Part shown: in pieces, positions 16,566 through 26,655 of the stretch | Layout: every line of letters starts with the position of its first letter | Position numbering within the stretch: position 1 is the first letter of the stretch | IMG/VR virus record: IMGVR_UViG_2778261515_000018 | Location: 1 to 28,775 of that record | From: a virus | Lineage: Duplodnaviria; Heunggongvirae; Uroviricota; Caudoviricetes | DNA length: 28,775 nt | Reading direction: 5' to 3' (one strand) | Program-made: the position numbers and the translations under genes | Notes under the pieces: generated by a model | What the model was told of the DNA's origin: nothing | Database searches by the model: none | What the model saw: the letters and a program-made list of their open reading frames with translations, nothing else

Positions 16566-16889
16566 ATGAAGATGCCAGAAAAACATGACCTGTTAGCCGC
16601 CATTCTCGCGGCAAAGGAACAAGGCATCGGGGCAATCCTTGCGTTTGCAATGGCGTACCTTCGCGGCAGATATAATGGCGGTGCGTTTACAAAAACAGTA
16701 ATCGACGCAACGATGTGCGCCATTATCGCCTGGTTCATTCGTGACCTTCTCGACTTCGCCGGACTAAGTAGCAATCTCGCTTATATAACGAGCGTGTTCA
16801 TCGGCTACATCGGTACTGACTCGATTGGTTCGCTTATCAAACGCTTCGCTGCTAAAAAAGCCGGAGTAGAAGATGGTGGAAATCAATAA
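16566..16889 (+). CDS. S: Holin S (class I, dual-start S107/S105)
   Basis: [64 protein letters not shown]... essentially identical to lambda S as recalled. Confidence 0.95.
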   Translation: MKMPEKHDLLAAILAAKEQGIGAILAFAMAYLRGRYNGGAFTKTVIDATMCAIIAWFIRDLLDFAGLSSNLAYITSVFIGYIGTDSIGSLIKRFAAKKAGVEDGGNQ

Positions 16890-17349
16890 TCAACGTAAGG
16901 CGTTCCTCGATATGCTGGCGTGGTCAGAGGGAACAGATAACGGACGACAGAAAACCAGAAATCACGGTTATGACGTCATTGTTGGCGGAGAGCTATTCAC
17001 TGATTACTCCGATCACCCTCGCAAACTTGTCACGCTAAACCCCAAACTCAAATCAACAGCAGCCGGACGTTACCAGCTTCTTTCCCGTTGGTGGGATGCT
17101 TACCGTAAGCAGCTTGGCCTGAAAGACTTCTCTCCCAAAAGCCAGGACGCTGTTGCGCTGCAGCAGATTAAGGAGCGTGGCGCTTTGCCGATGATTGATC
17201 GCGGTGATATCCGTCAGGCTATCGACCGTTGCAGCAATATATGGGCTTCACTGCCGGGCGCTGGTTATGGCCAGTTCGAGCATAAGGCTGACAGCCTGAT
17301 TGCAAAATTCAAAGAGGCTGGCGGAACGGTCAGAGAGATTGAGGTATGA
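16873..17349 (+). CDS. R: Endolysin R (lytic transglycosylase)
   Basis: 158 aa, matches lambda R as recalled ([51 protein letters not shown]...). Confidence 0.95.
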   Translation: MVEINNQRKAFLDMLAWSEGTDNGRQKTRNHGYDVIVGGELFTDYSDHPRKLVTLNPKLKSTAAGRYQLLSRWWDAYRKQLGLKDFSPKSQDAVALQQIKERGALPMIDRGDIRQAIDRCSNIWASLPGAGYGQFEHKADSLIAKFKEAGGTVREIEV

Positions 17350-17813
17350 GCAGAGTCACCGCGATTATCTCCGCTCTGGTTATCTGCATCATCGTCTGCC
17401 TGTCATGGGCTGTTAATCATTACCGTGATAACGCCATCGCCTACAAAGAACAGCGCGATAAAAAAGTCAGTGAGCTGAAGCAGGCGACCGCCACCATTAC
17501 TGACATGCAGCAGCGCCAGCGTTCTGCTGATGCACTCGATGCTAAATACACGAAGGAGTTAGCTGATGCGAAAACTGAAAATGATGCTCTTCGGCGCAAG
17601 CTTGATAATGGTGGCAGGGTGCTCGTCAAAGGAAAATGCCCTGTGCCATCCTCAGCCGAAACCTCCAGCGCCTCCGGCATGGGCAATGATGCCACCGTCG
17701 AACTCTCTCCAGTTGCTGGACGAAACGTTCTCGGTGTCCGGGACGGAATTATCCGCGACCAAACAGCACTGAGAACGCTTCAGGAATACATCAGGACGCA
17801 ATGCCTTCGATGA
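17346..17813 (+). CDS. Rz: Rz i-spanin
   Basis: N-terminal TM segment and coiled-coil; N-terminus matches lambda Rz; contains embedded Rz1. Confidence 0.85.
   Translation: MSRVTAIISALVICIIVCLSWAVNHYRDNAIAYKEQRDKKVSELKQATATITDMQQRQRSADALDAKYTKELADAKTENDALRRKLDNGGRVLVKGKCPVPSSAETSSASGMGNDATVELSPVAGRNVLGVRDGIIRDQTALRTLQEYIRTQCLR
17566..17772 (+). CDS. Rz1: Rz1 o-spanin lipoprotein (embedded in Rz, +1 frame)
   Basis: AAGGAG RBS inside Rz; signal peptide with lipobox (LIMVAGC), proline-rich mature part. Confidence 0.8.
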   Translation: MRKLKMMLFGASLIMVAGCSSKENALCHPQPKPPAPPAWAMMPPSNSLQLLDETFSVSGTELSATKQH

Positions 17814-17987
17814 TAGCGATAATTTTACTCATCATCCTTCACATCTGGCTCTGTAGACAGGGTGGTGATCACTTCTGGAGTGAATCCAGATTAAACATCT
17901 CATTGCTGATGCTTGATATTGAGCATCTGGCGCGCGGTAAGGGGCTGCGTTGAGATAAGAGCCAGTTCATTACAAATACCAGGATTT

Positions 17988-18014
17988 AGCCTCGCATTTG
18001 CGGGGCTTTTTATT
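17988..18014 (+). terminator. Intrinsic terminator-like hairpin downstream of the lysis cassette
   Basis: AGCCUCGC AUUU GCGGGGCU followed by UUUUAUU. Confidence 0.45.
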
Positions 18015-18035
18015 CCCAACTGCATAGGTAATTTT

Positions 18036-18515
18036 ATGACCCAGCATATTGGCGTAAAACTGATTAACGCCTTTCCGATGACGAGACAGGCATATAACGA
18101 TTTTCGTGGCTGGCAGCTTCCTGCCGGAGAAAACGGCGAGGACGAAGGCTATCTGGTTGAATATCTGGATGGCGGAAAACCTAACACCGATCGCTTTGAT
18201 GGCTACGTTAGCTGGAGTCAAAAAGAAGTATTCGAAAAGGCTTATCGTCCGGTATCAGGGTTAAGTTTCGGCCTTGCCATGGAAGCGTTAAAACAGGGCA
18301 AAAGTTTGCAGCGGGCAGGATGGAATGGGAAAGACCAGTTTGTTTATCTCGTGAAAGGGGAAAAATTAGCGTCTGCGTTGGGTTATGGCTTTGGCGAATA
18401 TGTTGGCGAGCCAACTTTCAATGACACGCTTGTATTGAAAAACTCACAGAACCGCCTTGCTACATGGGTTCCATCCATTGGCGACCTGATGGCTGAAGAC
18501 TGGCAAATCATTTAA
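18036..18515 (+). CDS. Hypothetical phage protein (159 aa; positionally like P22 ORF201)
   Basis: Internal ATG of track ORF 17913..18515, placed after the upstream terminator; weak RBS. Confidence 0.55.
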   Translation: MTQHIGVKLINAFPMTRQAYNDFRGWQLPAGENGEDEGYLVEYLDGGKPNTDRFDGYVSWSQKEVFEKAYRPVSGLSFGLAMEALKQGKSLQRAGWNGKDQFVYLVKGEKLASALGYGFGEYVGEPTFNDTLVLKNSQNRLATWVPSIGDLMAEDWQII

Positions 18516-18748
18516 CCATGTAGGCATTACAAAGCCTATCTACGGGTGGGCTTTATAATGAAACCGGAATTTATTCTGGGTAACCAGTTACGGCAGTACA
18601 GCGAAACAACCCAAGCCAGAAAGTGGGGAAATAACACTGACAGCCACTGAAAGATGAACCTCCTGCCTTATGGCAAAAAAGATTCTTTGTGGTGGCGGAC
18701 TGATGGAAAGACATCCTAATCAAGCAACCACTCCACAGGGACATAATT

Positions 18749-19129
18749 ATGAACGACCAGCAAATCGAAAAAGAAATCGTTGAGAAAGGCAAAACGGCAC
18801 CGCGAATCACCCCGCAGCACATCGAAGACGTGATTAAAAGCGAGCATTACTTTACTGCTTATGATGGACGAAATGGTGCCATTTCCAGCAACGAATATTG
18901 TGGCAGAGAAAAACCAGAAGAAGGCGATCGTGATTTATCACCATTGAAGTTGCTCACTTTCTGCGTACTGGTGCTGAAGAATGGCTTCACCGTCACCGGA
19001 GAGAGTGCCTGTGCAAGCCCTGAAAATTTTGATGCAGAAATTGGTCGGAAGATTGCCCGGCAAAATGCTGTAAACAAAATCTGGATGCTCGAAGGTTACT
19101 TGCTGAAGCAGAAGCTAAGCGAACAGTAG
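18749..19129 (+). CDS. Hypothetical phage protein (126 aa)
   Basis: Track ORF with no competing ORF; located between lysis and terminase genes. Confidence 0.55.
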   Translation: MNDQQIEKEIVEKGKTAPRITPQHIEDVIKSEHYFTAYDGRNGAISSNEYCGREKPEEGDRDLSPLKLLTFCVLVLKNGFTVTGESACASPENFDAEIGRKIARQNAVNKIWMLEGYLLKQKLSEQ

Positions 19130-19232
19130 TTATTACAAAAGCCATTCCCTACAGAGTGGCTTTGATAATGGCTTATACCCTACACGGGATAACTTAACTG
19201 ATATCCCTTTTAACGGATAAACGGAGCCAACA

Positions 19233-19475
19233 ATGGCAGAGATTATTCCCATGACTGAAGAACAGAAATTCCAGCTAGAGATTTACAAACTGGTCATGAA
19301 CCAGAACGCAGCCGCAGAAGAAGCATTTCAGTTCATTGGCACTGACGAGCTGAAGCTTGAGCTATTCAAAATTCACTTCCAGTCAGGCGGCGCTAATTCA
19401 GATATCACGACCCGCACAATCGAAGCGGTGCGTAAATCGAAGGAAGCGTTAGACCTGTTCACTACCGGAGCATAA
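19233..19475 (+). CDS. Hypothetical phage protein (80 aa)
   Basis: Track ORF; GGAG-containing RBS region (AAACGGAGCCAACAATG). Confidence 0.55.
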   Translation: MAEIIPMTEEQKFQLEIYKLVMNQNAAAEEAFQFIGTDELKLELFKIHFQSGGANSDITTRTIEAVRKSKEALDLFTTGA

Positions 19476-19554
19476 ACATGGCAACTCAAGGTTTCGACAA
19501 CCCATCCAAATTCCGCGATGAATGGGATAAGCAAGCAGAAGGGAAATAATCAAT

Positions 19555-20043
19555 ATGGCAGCACCAAAGGGCAACCGATTTTGGGAGGCCCGCAGTAGTC
19601 ATGGGCGAAATCCTAAATTCGAATCGCCTGAGGCGCTGTGGGCTGCTTGTTGTGAATACTTCGAGTGGGCTGATGATAACCCGCTATGGGAGGGTAAGGT
19701 ATTTTCATATCAGGGAGAAATAATTAAGGCTAATGTCCCTAAGATGCGAGCCATGACTATTTCAGGATTGTGTACCTTCCTTGATATCACCAGGCAAACA
19801 TGGGGAACCTTCCGGTCAATGGAAGGTTTTTCTGACGTCACATCACGAGCGGAAGACATCATCTACGACCAGAAATTCTCTGGCGCAGCCGCTGACCTTC
19901 TCAACGCTAACATCATCGCCCGTGATTTGGGCCTCAAAGAGCAGTCGCAAGTTGAAGACGTGACACCTGATAAGGGAGATCGCGATAAGCGGCGCTCTCG
20001 TATCAAGGAGCTATTCAACCGTGGAACTGGACGCGATTCTTGA
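19555..20043 (+). CDS. Terminase small subunit, P22 gp3-like
   Basis: 162 aa beginning [38 protein letters not shown], matching P22 gp3 as recalled. Confidence 0.85.
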   Translation: MAAPKGNRFWEARSSHGRNPKFESPEALWAACCEYFEWADDNPLWEGKVFSYQGEIIKANVPKMRAMTISGLCTFLDITRQTWGTFRSMEGFSDVTSRAEDIIYDQKFSGAAADLLNANIIARDLGLKEQSQVEDVTPDKGDRDKRRSRIKELFNRGTGRDS

Positions 20044-21517
20044 TAACCTGAGCGACGAAGAGCAAATCGAATTGCTCGAGCTACTCGAAGAAGAAGAGAA
20101 CTACCGGAACACACACCTGCTATATGAATTTACGCCATACAGCAAACAGCGTGAGTTCATCGACGCCGGACATGACTATCCAGAGCGATGTTTTATGGCT
20201 GGTAACCAGCTTGGTAAGTCATTTACTGGCGCTGCTGAAGTCGCGTTTCACCTTACCGGGCGTTATCCGGGAACAAAAGGCTATCCTGCTGATGGTAAAT
20301 ATGGCGGTGAGTGGAAAGGTAAGCGTTTCTATGAGCCTGTTGTCTTCTGGATTGGCGGCGAGACAAACGAGACTGTAACCAAAACGACTCAACGCATCCT
20401 GTGTGGTCGTATCGAAGAGAATGATGAGCCAGGCTACGGTTCCATACCTAAAGAAGACATCATTAGCTGGAAGAAGTCTCCTTTCTTTCCGAACCTTGTT
20501 GATCATCTTCTGGTTAAGCATCACACGGCTGATGGCGTTGAAGATGGCATTTCAATCTGCTACTTCAAACCATACTCGCAAGGCCGCGCTCGCTGGCAGG
20601 GTGACACAATCCACGGCGTGTGGTTTGACGAAGAGCCACCATACAGCATTTATGGCGAAGGTCTTACCCGTACCAACAAATACGGGCAATTCTCAATTCT
20701 GACGTTTACCCCGCTGATGGGGATGTCTGACGTTGTTACCAAGTTCCTGAAGAATCCCAGCAAGTCGCAGAAAGTGGTCAACATGACCATCTATGACGCT
20801 GAGCACTACACAGACGAACAGAAAGAGCAAATCATCGCATCCTATCCCGAGCATGAGAGAGAGGCGCGTGCTCGCGGTATTCCTACGATGGGTAGCGGTC
20901 GAATCTTCCAGATACCGGAAGAGACGATTAAGTGTCAGCCGTTCGAGTGTCCTGATCACTTCTACGTCATCAATGCAATGGACTTCGGATGGGATCACCC
21001 ACAGGCACATATCCAGCTTTGGTGGGATAAAGACGAGGACGTGATTTATCTTTCTCGCGTCTGGAAGGCCAAACAGAAGAAGGCGACAGAGGCATGGAGT
21101 GCTGTTAAAGCATGGAGCAAAAACACCCCTACGGCTTGGCCTCATGACGGGCATCAGCACGAAAAGGGAGGCGGCGCTCAGCTCAAGGAACAATACGCCG
21201 AAGCTGGGTTCGACATGTTGCCAGATCATGCAACATGGCCTGATGGAGGTAATGCGGTCGAACCCGGGATAGCAGAGATACGCGACATGATGCTCGACGG
21301 TCGTTTCAAGGTATTTAACACCTGCGAGCCATTCTTTGAAGAGTTTCGTCTGTATCACCGCGATGAGAACGGGAAGATCGTCAAGCTAAATGACGACATC
21401 CTTTCTGCTGTTCGCTATGGCTACATGATGAGGCGTTTTGCAATACAGATGCGAGACATCAAAGATCCTAAAGAGATTGATTACTCAAGCTACAACATAC
21501 CTTGCGGAGTTGGATGA
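20021..21517 (+). CDS. Terminase large subunit, P22 gp2-like
   Basis: 498 aa; GTG start preceded by AAGGAG; ATPase and nuclease domain signatures; overlaps the small subunit gene by 23 nt. Confidence 0.9.
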   Translation: MELDAILDNLSDEEQIELLELLEEEENYRNTHLLYEFTPYSKQREFIDAGHDYPERCFMAGNQLGKSFTGAAEVAFHLTGRYPGTKGYPADGKYGGEWKGKRFYEPVVFWIGGETNETVTKTTQRILCGRIEENDEPGYGSIPKEDIISWKKSPFFPNLVDHLLVKHHTADGVEDGISICYFKPYSQGRARWQGDTIHGVWFDEEPPYSIYGEGLTRTNKYGQFSILTFTPLMGMSDVVTKFLKNPSKSQKVVNMTIYDAEHYTDEQKEQIIASYPEHEREARARGIPTMGSGRIFQIPEETIKCQPFECPDHFYVINAMDFGWDHPQAHIQLWWDKDEDVIYLSRVWKAKQKKATEAWSAVKAWSKNTPTAWPHDGHQHEKGGGAQLKEQYAEAGFDMLPDHATWPDGGNAVEPGIAEIRDMMLDGRFKVFNTCEPFFEEFRLYHRDENGKIVKLNDDILSAVRYGYMMRRFAIQMRDIKDPKEIDYSSYNIPCGVG

Positions 21518-23718
21518 TGGCTGATGATAGAAAGATGACTGACTGGCATCGCAAGGTGCTGTGCAACTTTGATAATGCCTGGTCAGCAACGAAGGATATG
21601 CGTGAGCAGATTATTGAGGCTCAACGTTTCGTCCGGGTGTCCGGCGCACAGTGGGAAGGCAGCACAAACGCTGGTTACTCATTTGATGAAGGCAGGTTTG
21701 AGCATTACCCGCGCTTTGAACTGAATAAGATTGCCCGTGAATGTGATCGCATCATTGGCGAGTATCGACAGAATCGCATCAGCGTTAAATTCAGGCCTAA
21801 GGACGATAAGGCATCGGAAGCGTTAGCCGAAAAGATGAACGGCAAATTCCGCGCTGACTATCAGGAAACATCCGGTGGCGAAGCGTGTGATAACGCATTT
21901 GATGATGCTGTAACGGGCGGATTCGGTTGTTTCCGCATGTGTGCCGATTACGAAGATGAAATGGATCCGAGTAACGAGCAGCGACGCATCAGCCTTCTTC
22001 CTGTTTACGACCCAGCGACATGCGTCTTCTTTGATCAGGACAGCAAGCAATATGACCGCTCTGATGCTATGTGGGCTATGGAAATGTTCTCCATGACGCC
22101 CAAAGCGTTCGAGGCTGAATACCCTGATTCCACCGCGGCAAGCCTTTCTCGTGATAACACTGGCACTCAATATGACTGGTCAACGCCAGATGCCATCTAT
22201 GTTGGACGCTACTACGAAGTTCGCATAGAGAAGGTGAAGATCACGGCGTGGCGCAACCCTGTTAGCGGAGAAACGGCAATCTATGATGAAGAGCAAATAA
22301 AAGATATTGTCGACGAACTGACCGATGGTGCATTCGAACTGATTGGCGAGCGAACGGTGAAGAAGCGCCGCGTTTATTGCGGTCTTCTGTCTGGCGCTGA
22401 ATGGCTGGAAGAACCGAAGCGTATTCCGGGCGAACATATTCCTCTCATCCCGGTATATGGGCGTCGCTCATTTGTTGATAATCAGGAGCGAATTGAAGGA
22501 CACGCAGCAAAAGCGATGGATGCACAGCGTCTTGAGAACCTGATGGTTTCCATGATTGCAGATAACGCTACTCAGGCTGGCGGTGATGGCATTCCTGTAG
22601 TTGATGTTGACATGATTCCTGGTCCTCTCGCCACTCATTGGGCGGAGCGCAACAAAAAGCGCCCGGCGTTCCTGCCGATGGTCAGTCTGAAAAACAAAAA
22701 CGGAGATATTACTGCGCAGGCTCAGGTCAGCAGTTATACGCCTCCGACACAAATGCCTCCAGCTCTTGCCGGGCTATTGCAGTACACCGGAACGGCTATT
22801 CAGCAAATTACAGGTGCGTCGCAGCTTGAGAACATGCCGAGCAACGTCGCTACTGATACCGTTGATAGCATTTTTAACCGGATGGACACGCAGTCCTATA
22901 TCTACATGGACAACATGGCTAAATCTATGCGTCGCGCTGGCGTTGTGTGGCTTTCTATGGCGCGTGAAGTCTATGGCAGCGATACGCCGATGCGTATCGT
23001 TAATGAGGACGGCAGCGATGACGTGGCGCTGATGACTGGTGAAGTGGTTGACCGTCAGACAGGGCAGGTTATCGCGCTTAACGACCTTTCGCAGGGTAAC
23101 TATGAAGTGACTGTCGATGTCGGTCAGTCGTTCGCTACTCGCCGTGACGCAACGGTTAAGTCGTTACTTTCCATGCTGGCACTTATCCCACCAGGAACGC
23201 CGAAGCACGACCTTGTATCGTCGATGATTCTCGACAATATGGACGGCGAAGGGATGGACGACCTGAAAGAATACAACCGCAATCAGTTGCTTCTGTCTGG
23301 CGTTATCAAGCCGAGAACGCCTGAAGAACAGCAGATGGTTGAACAGGCGAAACAACAACAGGCCAGTCAGCCAGATCCGGCTATGGTTGCAGCGCAAGGT
23401 CAGCTTCTTGCTGGTCAGGCTGAATTGCAGAAAGCGCAGAACGAGCAGGCAGCCATTCAGGTTAAAGCATTCCAGGCACAGACGGATGCTCAGGTTGCAG
23501 CGGCAAATGTTGTGAAAATCCTCGCATCTGCCGATAGCCAGCAAAAATCTGATATCCGTGAGGCGCTGAAACTGCTCGGACAGTTCCAGCAACAGCAAGG
23601 AGATAATGCCCGTGCTGATGCAGAGCTTGTCCTGAAAAGTCAGGCGCAAGGCCATGCGCAGCGCATGGACATCAGCAGCATCCTGCAAAAATCAACTCAG
23701 CAACAACCACAGCAGTAA
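21514..23718 (+). CDS. Portal protein, P22 gp1-like
   Basis: About 734 aa; conserved blocks shared with P22 gp1 (RRVY, GEHIPL(I)PV(Y)G, PEEQQ...DPAMV(A)AQG, RMDI), Gln-rich C-terminal barrel region; start overlaps terminase stop. Confidence 0.9.
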   Translation: MMADDRKMTDWHRKVLCNFDNAWSATKDMREQIIEAQRFVRVSGAQWEGSTNAGYSFDEGRFEHYPRFELNKIARECDRIIGEYRQNRISVKFRPKDDKASEALAEKMNGKFRADYQETSGGEACDNAFDDAVTGGFGCFRMCADYEDEMDPSNEQRRISLLPVYDPATCVFFDQDSKQYDRSDAMWAMEMFSMTPKAFEAEYPDSTAASLSRDNTGTQYDWSTPDAIYVGRYYEVRIEKVKITAWRNPVSGETAIYDEEQIKDIVDELTDGAFELIGERTVKKRRVYCGLLSGAEWLEEPKRIPGEHIPLIPVYGRRSFVDNQERIEGHAAKAMDAQRLENLMVSMIADNATQAGGDGIPVVDVDMIPGPLATHWAERNKKRPAFLPMVSLKNKNGDITAQAQVSSYTPPTQMPPALAGLLQYTGTAIQQITGASQLENMPSNVATDTVDSIFNRMDTQSYIYMDNMAKSMRRAGVVWLSMAREVYGSDTPMRIVNEDGSDDVALMTGEVVDRQTGQVIALNDLSQGNYEVTVDVGQSFATRRDATVKSLLSMLALIPPGTPKHDLVSSMILDNMDGEGMDDLKEYNRNQLLLSGVIKPRTPEEQQMVEQAKQQQASQPDPAMVAAQGQLLAGQAELQKAQNEQAAIQVKAFQAQTDAQVAAANVVKILASADSQQKSDIREALKLLGQFQQQQGDNARADAELVLKSQAQGHAQRMDISSILQKSTQQQPQQ

Positions 23719-23808
23719 TTAACCCATAACGTGCAATGGCTGTCTTTATGAGGCCTGGCACCCTATTGCCTTCCGATGGGCTGAACATCGAGTAAACAGG
23801 GGTAACAA

Positions 23809-24702
23809 ATGGACCAGATGGCAGAAAACACACCAGAAGTTGAAATCGAAACCGACGCGTCAGAGCAGATTCCTGATGATGTCGAACTGGCTGAAGAAGT
23901 CGAAACAGAAGATGGCAGTGAGTCCTCAGGCAATGATGCAGAGGATGCTACTGAAACTGATGACGACGAATCAGAACAGGAATTCTACTTTGGTAACGAA
24001 AAGCTGGATTCGCCAACCAGCGAAGATGGCGCAGAGCATGGACTGGTAAAACACCTGCGCAAGACGATTAAAGAGAAAGACCGCGAGCTGAAAGAGATGA
24101 TGCGTCAGTCTCAGAAACCCGTCGAGCAGCAGCCGGTAATCACTCAACCACCGCGAATGCCAAAACTGGATGATGAGGACATCGGTTTCGATGAAGAAAT
24201 CTATCAGCAACGCATGGCTAAGTGGGCAGAGGATAACGGCAAGTACCAGCAACAGGAGATGGCTCGCAAGCAGAAGGAGCAGGAGCTTCAGGCTGCCTAT
24301 CAAGAGCGATTATCCAAATATCAGCAACGTGTTAAGGCTCTCAAGGTTCCTGGCTATCAGGAAGCAGAACAGGCCGTGCTCGAGGAAATCCCCATCGAGA
24401 CACAAAACGCGATCCTGTTTGAGTCAGAGAAGCCGGAAATCGTTGTTCTGGCACTCGGTCGCAACGCTGAACTGCGCAAGCAACTGGCAGAAGCTACCAA
24501 CCCCGTAGCAATTGGTCGTCTACTGGAACGTATCGAATCGAAGGCCAGAATCATGCCAAAAGCAAAAACCACGGCAGCCACAACCCCGACAGTTAAGGGG
24601 AGCAACGGCGCAGTAATCAATAACCTCGACAAACTGAAAGCCAAGGCGCTGGAAACTGGTGACTGGACGCCGTATTTCGCCGCTAAAAAGGCAAAAAAAT
24701 AA
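23809..24702 (+). CDS. Scaffolding protein (P22 gp8-like by position and composition)
   Basis: 297 aa, acidic N-terminus, helical charged body, basic C-terminal helix; lies between portal and coat genes. Confidence 0.65.
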   Translation: MDQMAENTPEVEIETDASEQIPDDVELAEEVETEDGSESSGNDAEDATETDDDESEQEFYFGNEKLDSPTSEDGAEHGLVKHLRKTIKEKDRELKEMMRQSQKPVEQQPVITQPPRMPKLDDEDIGFDEEIYQQRMAKWAEDNGKYQQQEMARKQKEQELQAAYQERLSKYQQRVKALKVPGYQEAEQAVLEEIPIETQNAILFESEKPEIVVLALGRNAELRKQLAEATNPVAIGRLLERIESKARIMPKAKTTAATTPTVKGSNGAVINNLDKLKAKALETGDWTPYFAAKKAKK

Positions 24703-24720
24703 CCTATCGGAGCATTAAGC

Positions 24721-25974
24721 ATGCCTAACCAATTAGCAAAAGACCTTGAAATCATGTTCGAAAACTACGTTGAAGGCTTTGAGGCCGCCTGCGTAGTTTC
24801 CCGTAACGCTAAAAAATTCCGTCCCGGTGATACCGCAATGCAGCGAGCAGGTGATGTTCTGTATCGTCCGCAGCATTACCACATGAACATTGAGGAAGGC
24901 CTCGATCTCAGCAGCAAAACGCCTACAGCACTGGTTCAGCGCCTTGTTCCTTCTGTGTTCAAGGAGCCGAAAAACATTCTGTACACTCTGGATGCGCGTG
25001 AAATGCGTGACCCGGAACATAAAACTGAAGCTGGTCGAGCCGCAGGTATGCGCCTTGCTGCACAGATTGACTCTGACCTGATTTCCATGGTCACGCAGCG
25101 TGCTACTAACGTGATCACGATGGCTGACTCAACCACAGGTTCACAGGGCCGTGATTTGTGGAACTGTGCGGCAGGTATTGATGCCACCATGACGGCGATT
25201 GGTGTACCGCAGGGTATCAACCGTCGCTCTTTCTGGAACCCCTTCAACTACAAAGACCTTGCTGGCGAGCTTGGTCACCGTGCTTATGCTCAGGGCGCAA
25301 CCCTGACAGCCTACGAAAAAGCGCAGATCCCTCCGGTTGCTTCCTTTGATAGCTACAAGACCGATATTTCCGGTCGTGTTCCGAAGGGTACAGCAACTTC
25401 CATTACGCTGGCAGCAGCACCTGCGCACAAGGTTGAAGCGAAAGATGCTAACGATATGCCAGTGGATAACCGACAGGGGACCATTACGGTATCTGCATCT
25501 GGTTTGCAGGTTGGCGATGCGTTTACCATCGCAGGGGTGAATTCCGTACACCAGATCACCAAAGATACCACCGGGCAGCCGCAGGTATTCCGCGTTCTGG
25601 CAGTAAGCGGAACGACAGTAACTATCTCCCCGAAAATTCTGCCGCCTGACAACGCGGATGTCGCCAGCCGACCATATGCAAACGTTGATGCTAACGCGGC
25701 AAATGGTGCAGCAATTACCATTCTCAACAAAAATGCCGCACCGGCTAACCTATTCTGGGCTGATGGTTCTGTTGAGCTGATGTACGGCAAACTGGCGTTC
25801 CCGACTGGTCAGGGTCCACAGGTAATGACAGCAACCACCGAGCAGGGCGCTACGCTGATCATGTCTTACGCCTTCGACCACATCAAAGGCGTAACCACTG
25901 CTCGTTTCACCACTCTGTACGGTTGCTCTGTACTTGTTCCTGAATATACGGGCATCGTTATAGCTGGGCAGTAA
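24721..25974 (+). CDS. Major capsid (coat) protein, P22 gp5-like
   Basis: 417 aa; blocks FRVLAVSGTTVTISPK and YANVDANAANGAAITILNKNAAPANLFWADGSVELMYGK parallel P22 coat motifs as recalled. Confidence 0.85.
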   Translation: MPNQLAKDLEIMFENYVEGFEAACVVSRNAKKFRPGDTAMQRAGDVLYRPQHYHMNIEEGLDLSSKTPTALVQRLVPSVFKEPKNILYTLDAREMRDPEHKTEAGRAAGMRLAAQIDSDLISMVTQRATNVITMADSTTGSQGRDLWNCAAGIDATMTAIGVPQGINRRSFWNPFNYKDLAGELGHRAYAQGATLTAYEKAQIPPVASFDSYKTDISGRVPKGTATSITLAAAPAHKVEAKDANDMPVDNRQGTITVSASGLQVGDAFTIAGVNSVHQITKDTTGQPQVFRVLAVSGTTVTISPKILPPDNADVASRPYANVDANAANGAAITILNKNAAPANLFWADGSVELMYGKLAFPTGQGPQVMTATTEQGATLIMSYAFDHIKGVTTARFTTLYGCSVLVPEYTGIVIAGQ

Positions 25975-25981
25975 TTTTGGT

Positions 25982-26004
25982 GGGGCTTCGGCCCCATTTT
26001 TATT
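25982..26004 (+). terminator. Intrinsic terminator immediately after the coat gene
   Basis: GGGGC TTCG GCCCC followed by ATTTTTATT. Confidence 0.6.
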
Positions 26005-26015
26005 GGGAGAAGACA

Positions 26016-26204
26016 ATGGCACGAACAATGCTCTATAAGCCGGGCAACATGATCACCTGTGGTCAGGTTGCTGTCGATTACGTCATTGTTGATGACGAAG
26101 AAGTTAAATCTCACCTGAAAAAAGGCTGGGTAAAAACTCCTGAAGAAACCGCAACGAAGCAAAAAGTGGCTAAGGCGGAAGAAGATGGCGAAAACGAAGG
26201 GTGA
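26016..26204 (+). CDS. Hypothetical small protein (62 aa)
   Basis: Internal ATG of track ORF 25977..26204 with GGGAG RBS, placed after the terminator. Confidence 0.5.
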   Translation: MARTMLYKPGNMITCGQVAVDYVIVDDEEVKSHLKKGWVKTPEETATKQKVAKAEEDGENEG

Positions 26205-26646
26205 TCTCGTTCTAAAGGCTTTACGAAAAGCCGGGCTGTATTCCAATGCCACGTTGACAGATGCTGACCCTCAGGCAATTGAAGATGCCATTAATGACCT
26301 CGAAGACATGATGGCAGCATGGCAGGCGAAAGGTATCGAGCTTGGGTATCAGTTTGCTGATACAGAAAACGGCATCATGCCGTTACCTGACGATGATTCA
26401 GGTATCCCTGCATGGGCAAATGATGGCGTCGCTTTGAAACTCGCTGTGCAAGTGTGCATGGATAACGTCATTCAGCCGTCAGACGCTCTCCTTACCGCTG
26501 CTGACAGTGCATATCAGACAATCTGCATCGCTTTAACCAAAATACCACCACTTGAGCGGCGAAATGACATGCCTCGCGGTAGTGGTAACAAAAGCGCGTT
26601 TACGTGGAATCGGTTTTACATCGAGAAAGATGATCCGAGTACGTGA
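26185..26646 (+). CDS. Head completion / tail adaptor protein, P22 gp4-like
   Basis: 153 aa ORF immediately upstream of the gp10-like gene; assigned by synteny and size. Confidence 0.65.
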   Translation: MAKTKGDLVLKALRKAGLYSNATLTDADPQAIEDAINDLEDMMAAWQAKGIELGYQFADTENGIMPLPDDDSGIPAWANDGVALKLAVQVCMDNVIQPSDALLTAADSAYQTICIALTKIPPLERRNDMPRGSGNKSAFTWNRFYIEKDDPST

Positions 26647-26655
26647 GGTGAATAA

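Noticed and set aside
17913-18035. N-terminal extension of ORF 17913..18515
   Set aside because: The extension would span an intrinsic terminator hairpin and begins at a non-ATG codon; the ATG at 18036 was preferred.
21823-23688. Multiple minus-strand ORFs (85-174 aa) inside the portal gene
   Set aside because: Antisense to a long gene with clear portal homology; typical shadow ORFs.
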